A DNA stretch of 9,623 nt from a virus. Lineage: Duplodnaviria; Heunggongvirae; Uroviricota; Caudoviricetes. The DNA lies in the IMG/VR virus record IMGVR_UViG_2802429248_000004, positions 1 to 9,623 of that record; one strand, given 5' to 3'. How positions within the stretch are numbered: position 1 is the first letter of the stretch; each line of letters opens with the position of its first letter. Of the stretch, positions 1 through 5,693 are shown in pieces. Position numbers and translations under genes: made by a program. The notes under the pieces were generated by a model that had not been told where the DNA came from, did no database searches, and was given only the letters and a program-made list of their open reading frames with translations.

Positions 1-141
1 TTACTGCTTACACTGTAAGAACGCCGCAAACTCCGCTCCCCAGAAGCTCATCCGTATTTCGCACAGCGAACCGTGCAACATCCAGATGATGAGGATTGCC
101 GTCACGCAGAACGTGATGGCCGTAAGCGATTTTTGCGACAT
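1..141 (-). CDS. Hok/Gef-family type I toxin (small membrane peptide), 46 aa
   Basis: Reverse-strand ORF ATG at 139-141, TAA at 1-3, translated by hand as MSQKSLTAITFCVTAILIIWMLHGSLCEIRMSFWGAEFAAFLQCKQ. Hydrophobic N-terminal segment followed by SLCEIR and EFAAFLxCK closely matches the Hok family pattern as I recall it (R1 Hok ...SLCEIR...EVAAF...; HokA ...WMIRDSLCEL...ELAAFLACK). AAGGAG Shine-Dalgarno about 8 nt upstream on the coding strand. Not in the supplied ORF track because it is under the length cut-off. Confidence 0.7.
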   Translation of the reverse strand: MSQKSLTAITFCVTAILIIWMLHGSLCEIRMSFWGAEFAAFLQCKQ

Positions 142-271
142 AGCACTTGCTCCTTTTCCGGAGAGGCGCTAACCTTTCACTTGTCAAGGTAATGCGGTTA
201 GGGCCTCGGTTAAACAGAAATGTTTTCCGGGGCCTTTCCACATCTGGCCTTCGGGTATTCCCTCCGACCAT
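8..271 (-). CDS. mok-like reading frame overlapping hok in another frame (putative translational coupler); possibly not translated
   Basis: 87-aa ORF from the track covers the whole hok ORF in a different frame and starts about 130 nt upstream, which is the hok/mok architecture known from plasmid R1. No convincing SD before the ATG at 269-271; no sequence similarity claimed. Confidence 0.2.
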   Translation of the reverse strand: MVGGNTRRPDVERPRKTFLFNRGPNRITLTSERLAPLRKRSKCYVAKIAYGHHVLRDGNPHHLDVARFAVRNTDELLGSGVCGVLTV

Positions 272-331
272 CAGCCGAAAGGCACCCGCGCGTAATCTAT
301 CTCTTTTTTGTTACTCCGGCAATTCTGCCTG

Positions 332-592
332 TTAATTTTGAGGTAAGGGCAAACTCATCTGATTGTTTCCTTTGTGTGAAGCTGGCAGTTCATGCCACGG
401 GATACCTTCTGAAGAGTGAGCGCCGGAGGCGTGTTTCGATGTGAATTTATGGAAAGCTTCCAGTGTTGAGAAGCATACGCCGCATTCTAGGTTGTTACAT
501 TGGTAATACTTTTGCCGCACGGTGTTTGAATCATTTTCCGGACGACTGGTGCGGATTCGGGCAGATGCGCCACAAAGCGGACAACGGAACAT
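332..592 (-). CDS. ogr: Ogr/Delta-family zinc-finger late-gene transcription activator
   Basis: 86-aa ORF beginning MFRCPLCGASARIRTSR...YYQCNNLEC, matching the P2 Ogr N-terminus (MFHCPLC...ARTSR...HQCQNVNC) with the four-Cys zinc-finger spacing. Strong SD AAGGGAGG 5 nt upstream of the ATG on the coding strand (plus-strand 596-603). Confidence 0.9.
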   Translation of the reverse strand: MFRCPLCGASARIRTSRPENDSNTVRQKYYQCNNLECGVCFSTLEAFHKFTSKHASGAHSSEGIPWHELPASHKGNNQMSLPLPQN

Positions 593-622
593 AGCGACCT
601 CCCTTACTGTGGTGCTTCTGTG

Positions 623-651
623 ATTTTAAGTCCTACTAGTACAGATTCCAA
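623..651 (-). promoter_or_regulatory. putative sigma70 promoter for ogr (-35 TTGGAA, 17-bp spacer, -10 TAAAAT on the minus strand)
   Basis: Hexamers read by eye on the reverse complement of 623-651, placed about 20-30 nt upstream of the ogr SD. No experimental support. Confidence 0.25.
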
Positions 652-776
652 CTGGCAAGGTGTTTTTAATAAGGAATGGTCGAAATCTTTACATGGTGAT
701 GAGTTTTTCCGAAAATAGCTCCACCCAACTTACTAGTGTATTTACAATAAATTTTATTTTAGTTCTGGAGTGTGAA

Positions 777-2015
777 ATGATATCGTTTATAACGAATAAT
801 ACAGGAGTTGTATTTAAGTATGAACCTGAAATAGGGAGTGTAAATTGGGTATGGAATGAATTTGAAACTAAAGAAACTGTAAGTATTTCTAAAGTGTTTC
901 ATTTCTATATTAGCGATTTGCTCAATTCCCCTTTACCTAACCAAGATTTTAATGATTATGCTTATGAGTTCCAATTCGGGACTTTTAGTGATGATTATAT
1001 TTTGATAAAGGGTCGTATATTAAATATTAAAAACGACTTGTATATTAGTAAAGATATCAAATTAAGTCGGGCAACCTTTGTTGCTGAGAGAAATGTTTCT
1101 ATTTTTGGTGGAATTTCGCGAATATTAAATCACAGTGACCCAATTTTTATTGGTGGAGAGGTTAAGGAGGCAATTCCTTCTGAAGTTTTTAGTGAGTTAC
1201 TGAGCAAATTTCCTAATTCATATGAATTGAATAACTATGCTAAGGCTAGAGTACACACAATTCTTGAACTATATTTAGATGGTATGAGAGATGCTCGAAG
1301 ACTTTACGATGCATACCTCAACAAAATAAAGCTAAAGAAAAAAAACAAACTTGATTTAAGCTGTATTAAAAAATTAGAGGTGGATAAATATATTTTTATT
1401 AGAGATAGCATTAAAAATGCTTTAGATACAAAGCAGAACATGTCTGAAAAAGAGTGGCAAGAACTGATGGTGCAGTTCCTTCCCCTTTTATTTCCCAAAT
1501 ATATTCTTGTGATAGAAAGCATCACTATCCATGATTACTATAGTTTTCCTGGCAAGAAAAGGAAACGATTCATAGATATAGGTTTGGTTGATGCTTGTGG
1601 CAATTTAGATATTATTGAAGTAAAAAAACCATTTGACAATAAGATATTGCGCAAGGCTAAGTATCGAGAGAATAACATACCAACTCCAGAGTTAAGTGGT
1701 AGTATTATGCAAGCTGAAAAATATCTCTTTCATTTATCAAAATGGGGAAGAAAAGGTGAAGATATCCTTACTAAAAAATATGCATCCAGACTACCTGATG
1801 GAATGAGTATTCATATTTCGTATCCCAAAGCGATTCTCATTATTGGTCGTGACCAGATTGATGATAGATATATGACAGAAGATCAAAAACTCGATTTCGA
1901 AATTATTAAGCGGAAATATACTAATATGATCGATATCATTACCTATGATGACCTCTTGAGACGGCTTGATCATACAATTTCAGCACTTACACTTAAAAAC
2001 GAAGCATCTGTGTAG
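777..2015 (+). CDS. AT-rich cargo gene: predicted PD-(D/E)xK nuclease, Shedu (DUF4263)-like candidate anti-phage defence protein; N-terminal half unassigned
   Basis: Long ORF in markedly AT-rich DNA between phage genes D and ogr. Track ORF starts at GTG 660, but ATG 777 has a GGAG SD 6 nt upstream and is preferred (alternative ATG 693). C-terminal half carries EKEWQELMVQFLPLLFP, then FIDIGLVD-x5-LDIIEVKKP (D ... E-V-K catalytic core, nt ~1575-1625), then MQAEKYL (QxxxY, nt ~1710-1724), then ILIIGRD and a terminal IITYDDLLRRL, a combination I recognise from DUF4263/Shedu nucleases. Stop TAG at 2013-2015. Confidence 0.75.
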   Translation: MISFITNNTGVVFKYEPEIGSVNWVWNEFETKETVSISKVFHFYISDLLNSPLPNQDFNDYAYEFQFGTFSDDYILIKGRILNIKNDLYISKDIKLSRATFVAERNVSIFGGISRILNHSDPIFIGGEVKEAIPSEVFSELLSKFPNSYELNNYAKARVHTILELYLDGMRDARRLYDAYLNKIKLKKKNKLDLSCIKKLEVDKYIFIRDSIKNALDTKQNMSEKEWQELMVQFLPLLFPKYILVIESITIHDYYSFPGKKRKRFIDIGLVDACGNLDIIEVKKPFDNKILRKAKYRENNIPTPELSGSIMQAEKYLFHLSKWGRKGEDILTKKYASRLPDGMSIHISYPKAILIIGRDQIDDRYMTEDQKLDFEIIKRKYTNMIDIITYDDLLRRLDHTISALTLKNEASV

Positions 2016-2057
2016 AAAGAAGAGTTTTGGTCTGGTGCGTCAACATAACGTTTGAAA

Positions 2058-2083
2058 CGTCCGCTTCTTTCACGAAGCGGATT
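2058..2083. terminator. candidate bidirectional stem-loop between the convergent cargo gene and gene D
   Basis: Inverted repeat TCCGCTTC (2060-2067) / GAAGCGGA (2074-2081) with a 6-nt loop; moderately U-rich flanks on both strands; lies in the 129-bp gap between two convergent stops. Confidence 0.3.
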
Positions 2084-2144
2084 CTCGGGTTAGCATTGTT
2101 CTGTGCTATAAACTTGGCAGTTTGAGTCAGCATATCTAAGTTAT

Positions 2145-3245
2145 TTACTCTGTTTCTGCTATCCATTCCGGGATTTTTGCCTCAAGCTCAAGCTGCGTGG
2201 TAAAGCCACTGTTATCAATGGTGTGCTCGGCTTTTGCAATAATCCAGCCCTGATTATCAATCTCGCTTTTAAATCCTGTTACCGTGCCATGCATTTCGGG
2301 GTAGAGTTCTGCACGTCCACGTGCCAGCGTGATGGAGAATGATGCGGCTCCGCGTTGTAGCTGCTGCCACTTTGCCGCCGCTGCACGTCTTGCTGCCTGC
2401 TCGTTCTGATAAGTCTTGCGTAACACAAACACGTTGCCTTCCGCACCTTCCATATAGTCACCTTCACGGCTGCTGCTTTTCTCCTTTTTCGGTTTGCGGC
2501 GTTTCACGCTGACTTTTTTCTTTTTCCCGTAATTAAGATCAAGCCAGTAAGCGCGTACCCCCGTATACGCTTCGCGGTCAGCAATGCGGAACTGATGGCG
2601 ATCGCCACTGCTGCGCGTGATGGCGAACGAGGGCAACGGCTGGCCCTGTGCGTTCACGCCACCGCCTGGCATGATGAATAACAGATTACCGCTTTTTACC
2701 GTAGTGATTGCGCCCAACATTTCCGCCATGCGCGTAAGGAAGGACATGTCGCTTTCTTCGGTCTGGTCGGCGTGGTCGATTTCAATATCCATCAGCATTT
2801 CGCTGATTTGCGGTTTCAGACCGTACCGATGAGCGATGGCGGATACCACGCGCTCAACGGTCACATCATGCCAGGACACTTCACGTTTAACGTTAAATTC
2901 ATCCCGAAAATCTGCGCTTCTGGCTGAAACAGTCAGCCTGTCCGGCGGTCCTTCGTGAGCGATTTCATCAACAATGTAAGTGCCTTTTTCTGTCAGCGGT
3001 TCTCCTTTCCAGCCAATGAGAACCGTCAGGCGCGCGCCCCGTGGCGGTAGCTGCAACTGACCATCTGCATCATCCAGCGTGATGGTAAGCTGGTCCGCCT
3101 CAAATCCCCGGTTGTCGGTCAGTGACAGGCTCATCAGGCGTTCTGCCACGCCGGACAGCGTTTTACCCTCCGCGAGAATATCAAAATCCGGCATTTTCAC
3201 GGGGTCTGTGCTCTGACTGAGCAATTGCATGGTGGTATCGGTCAT
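2145..3245 (-). CDS. D: P2 gpD-family late control / tail protein D
   Basis: Translation shares extended blocks with P2 gpD as I recall it (LTDNRGFEADQL, SWHD, FLTR, GVRAYW, REGDYMEGAEGNVF, SGFTTQLELE). Track ORF extends to 3377, but the ATG at 3243-3245 (MTDTTMQLL...) is preceded by a very strong SD (AGGGAGGGAG on the coding strand, plus-strand 3246-3258). Stop TAA at 2145-2147. Confidence 0.9.
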   Translation of the reverse strand: MTDTTMQLLSQSTDPVKMPDFDILAEGKTLSGVAERLMSLSLTDNRGFEADQLTITLDDADGQLQLPPRGARLTVLIGWKGEPLTEKGTYIVDEIAHEGPPDRLTVSARSADFRDEFNVKREVSWHDVTVERVVSAIAHRYGLKPQISEMLMDIEIDHADQTEESDMSFLTRMAEMLGAITTVKSGNLLFIMPGGGVNAQGQPLPSFAITRSSGDRHQFRIADREAYTGVRAYWLDLNYGKKKKVSVKRRKPKKEKSSSREGDYMEGAEGNVFVLRKTYQNEQAARRAAAAKWQQLQRGAASFSITLARGRAELYPEMHGTVTGFKSEIDNQGWIIAKAEHTIDNSGFTTQLELEAKIPEWIAETE

Positions 3246-3402
3246 CTGCTCCCTCCCTGTGCGGCATGGTCGCATGTGTGTGCGGGCGGGGTTACTGCTT
3301 TTTGTTGTCGCCGGGCGGCAAGAACGGCGCAGGGGTGAGATTACGCGCGTGGTGGGTGATGATTGTTGCCGAATCATTTAACGGATACAAGGGGCTGAAG
3401 CT

Positions 3403-4587
3403 ATGAGTGAAACTCGTTTTCATGGTGCCCGTGTTACGGAAAATACCGACCTGGTAACAGCGATTAACGATGTTGATTCCAGCGTTATCGGTATCGTGGC
3501 AACGGCGGATGATGCGGACGCGAAGCTGTTCCCGCTGAACAAGCCCACACTGCTGACCCGCGTCAATGACGTGCTGGGAAAATGCGGAACAACGGGGACG
3601 CTTTATCGTGCGCTTAAGGCCATCGCAGACCAGGTGAGCACAAAGGTGATCGTCGTTCGCGTGGCTGAACACAAAGAAGAAGACGGAAAGACGCAGGATC
3701 AACTGGTTATCGGTGGTTCTGAGGATGACGGCAGCTATACGGGGATGTATGCGCTGCTTGTTGCAGAGCAGGATGAAAGCATCGGATACCGTCCGCGTAT
3801 TCTGGCCGCGCCGGAGCTGGACACGGAGGCGGTGACAAAATCCCTGTGCGTGATTGCGGGTAAACTGCGCGCGTTTGTGTATGCCTCATGTCACGGCTGT
3901 AACACGATGGCTGAAGCGATTACCTACCGCCAGAAATTCAACGAACGTGAAGTGATGCTCTTGTGGCCGGACTTCATCGCCTACAACCCGAAAGGTGGCG
4001 AAAACGAAACGTTCCCCGCGCCTGCCTATGCGTGCGGCCTTCGTGCGTACATTGACCATGAGCAGGGCTGGCACAAATCGCTGTCCAACGTTCCGGTTAA
4101 AAATGTGCTGGGGATGTCCAGGCATGTGTTCTGGTCGTTACAGGCCGAAGACAGCGATGCCAACAGCCTCAACAACAAAGAAATCACGACCATTATTCGT
4201 CGCAACGGGTTCCGCTTCTGGGGCAACCGCACACCGGAAACGAACGCCTACATCTTTGAGGTGTATACCCGAACCGCACAGGTGCTGGCTGATTCAATTG
4301 CGGAAGCGCAGTTTGAAACCATCGACAGTCCACTGACGCCTGCGAACGTGAAGGATGTTATCAGTGCCATCAGGGCAAAGCTGGATTCACTGGTTACTGC
4401 CGGGAAACTGATTGGCGCGGAGTGCTGGTATGACGTGGTGGATAACAGCACCACGGATTTACGTCAGGGGCGTGTGCGTATTCGCTACAAATATACGCCC
4501 GTTCCGCCACTGGAAGACATGGAGCTTTACCAGACGTTTACTGATGAATACTTTGAACCCGCATTTGCGGTGTTGGGAGGTGCCTGA
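3403..4587 (+). CDS. FI: contractile tail sheath protein (P2 FI family)
   Basis: 394 aa; strong similarity to P2 FI throughout as I recall it (DADA..FPLNKP, RILA.PELDTEAV, KLRAF.YAS.HGC, GWHK.LSNV, IRR.GFRFWGNRT, YTPVPPLE). SD AAGGGG 9 nt upstream. Confidence 0.95.
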   Translation: MSETRFHGARVTENTDLVTAINDVDSSVIGIVATADDADAKLFPLNKPTLLTRVNDVLGKCGTTGTLYRALKAIADQVSTKVIVVRVAEHKEEDGKTQDQLVIGGSEDDGSYTGMYALLVAEQDESIGYRPRILAAPELDTEAVTKSLCVIAGKLRAFVYASCHGCNTMAEAITYRQKFNEREVMLLWPDFIAYNPKGGENETFPAPAYACGLRAYIDHEQGWHKSLSNVPVKNVLGMSRHVFWSLQAEDSDANSLNNKEITTIIRRNGFRFWGNRTPETNAYIFEVYTRTAQVLADSIAEAQFETIDSPLTPANVKDVISAIRAKLDSLVTAGKLIGAECWYDVVDNSTTDLRQGRVRIRYKYTPVPPLEDMELYQTFTDEYFEPAFAVLGGA

Positions 4588-5099
4588 TGGCTGTGCCAAA
4601 ACATCTTCGCTTTTTTACGCTGTTTGTGGATGGTGAAAACGAAGTGGGTAAGGTGACGTCCGTCACTCTGCCTAAGCTGACGCGCAAAACCGACAGCTAC
4701 CGGGGTGGTGGCATGATGGGGGCGGTAAGTATTGATCTCGGTCTGGACGACTCCGCGCTTGATGCGAGCTTTGTCATGGGGGGCGCAGTTCGTGAGCTGT
4801 TCCTTAAGTATGGCGGCACGATTGACGGCACGCTGCTGCGTTTTGCGGGTGAATACTACACCGATGCAGAAAGCGACCTGTATGAAGTCGAAATGCGCGG
4901 ACGTGTGACGGAAATTGATATGGGGGAAGCCAAACAGGGCGAAGCCACATCACACACTTACGCCATTAAAAACACCTACTACAAGCTGAGTGTTAACGAT
5001 CGCCCGTTGTGGGAGATTGACCTGCTGAACTTCATTTACCGGAAGGACGGCAAGGACATTGCGCCCGATCGCATCCGTTCCGCGCTTGGGCTTGGCTGA
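4587..5099 (+). CDS. FII: tail tube protein (P2 FII family)
   Basis: 170 aa; ATG overlaps the FI stop (TGATG); SD GGGAGG 6 nt upstream; similarity to P2 FII (VTSVTLPKLTRK..YRGGGM, LRFAG.Y, EIDMGEAKQGE). Double stop TGATAA. Confidence 0.95.
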   Translation: MAVPKHLRFFTLFVDGENEVGKVTSVTLPKLTRKTDSYRGGGMMGAVSIDLGLDDSALDASFVMGGAVRELFLKYGGTIDGTLLRFAGEYYTDAESDLYEVEMRGRVTEIDMGEAKQGEATSHTYAIKNTYYKLSVNDRPLWEIDLLNFIYRKDGKDIAPDRIRSALGLG

Positions 5100-5154
5100 T
5101 AAGTAATATGCAGGCGGCGCAGTGCGTCGCCTCTGACTGAAAAGGAGACCACTG

Positions 5155-5529
5155 ATGAAAAACATCGATACTGAAACCCAGAATAACACCGTGGCGGATG
5201 ATGTGACGGCAGATGAGGATATGGCTGTCGAACGTGGTGTAAAACTTTCCCGGCCAATTGAGCGTGGCGGCGAAAAAATCACGTATGTGGAGATCACCGG
5301 GGCTATTGAGCAGGCTGGATCCCTGCGAGGTTTGTCGCTGTCTGATGTGCTGAATCTGAAAGCGGATACCATGTTCACGCTGTTGCCTCGCGTGACTTCG
5401 CCACGACTGGATGAAGTGATGATTAAAAAAATGTCGTCACGCGATTTTATTCAGTTGTGCGCTGTGGCTGTAAATTTTATGAGCGAGCCAGACTCTGGCG
5501 CGAAGAGCGTGCAGGAGACGGCAGCGTAA
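5155..5529 (+). CDS. E: tail assembly chaperone gpE (P2 E family)
   Basis: 124-aa ORF with AGGAG SD 7 nt upstream; sits between tube and tape-measure genes as in P2/lambda (E or G chaperone position); its 3' end overlaps an RBS-less ORF in the -1 frame. Confidence 0.85.
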   Translation: MKNIDTETQNNTVADDVTADEDMAVERGVKLSRPIERGGEKITYVEITGAIEQAGSLRGLSLSDVLNLKADTMFTLLPRVTSPRLDEVMIKKMSSRDFIQLCAVAVNFMSEPDSGAKSVQETAA

Positions 5530-5693
5530 TCACCCTGGTGTGCTTTGAGCACATCGAAGATCTGGTGGCGGATATTGCCGCCATTTTTAACTGGTCGCCC
5601 GCCGAAATCTTCATGATGACGCCCGGCGAAGTGGTTAGCTGGCGTGAGCGGGCGGCACTTCGCAGCGGGAATGCAGACAATGAAGACTCTTGA
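5427..5693 (+). CDS. gpE' extension, expressed as an E+E' fusion by programmed -1 ribosomal frameshift
   Basis: The -1 frame relative to E is open from 5427 (just after a TAA at 5424-5426) to TGA at 5691-5693 and has no credible independent start or SD; it overlaps the 3' end of E and ends at the tape-measure start. This mirrors P2 E/E' and lambda G/GT. Candidate slippery sites in the E frame: A7 run at 5425-5431 and A-AAT-TTT at 5472-5478. Confidence 0.5.
   Translation, partial: KNVVTRFYSVVRCGCKFYERARLWREERAGDGSVITLVCFEHIEDLVADIAAIFNWSPAEIFMMTPGEVVSWRERAALRSGNADNEDS

Noticed and set aside
142-331. Possible tRNA gene as the prophage integration target between hok and ogr
   Set aside because: No T-loop-like GGTTCGAATCC motif or cloverleaf-compatible sequence seen by eye; cannot be excluded without a tRNA scan, but nothing supports it.
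147-444. Plus-strand ORFs 147-335 and 220-444 as possible protein-coding genes in the hok-ogr interval
   Set aside because: They overlap the ogr 3' end and the hok leader on the opposite strand, have no RBS and no recognisable motifs. Any function on this strand here is more likely an antisense RNA than a protein.
660-776. Track start of the cargo ORF at GTG 660, adding 39 N-terminal residues
   Set aside because: No SD precedes 660, whereas ATG 777 has GGAG at the right spacing, and the interval contains promoter-like AT-rich hexamers. The extension is more likely 5' UTR or promoter; not excluded, so the alternative is noted in the feature.
1338-1345. A8 homopolymer (and other A6-A7 runs) inside the cargo gene as a possible phase-variation slippage tract
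   Set aside because: Runs of this length are expected by chance in a gene this AT-rich and Lys-rich; there is no evidence of a frame-restoring alternative ORF around it.
3292-4454. Minus-strand and alternative-frame ORFs overlapping the tail sheath gene and the D-FI intergenic region (3292-3702, 3707-3889, 3886-4125, 3995-4336, 4026-4232, 4248-4454)
   Set aside because: They overlap a confidently assigned gene with strong homology; no start signals; compositional artefacts.
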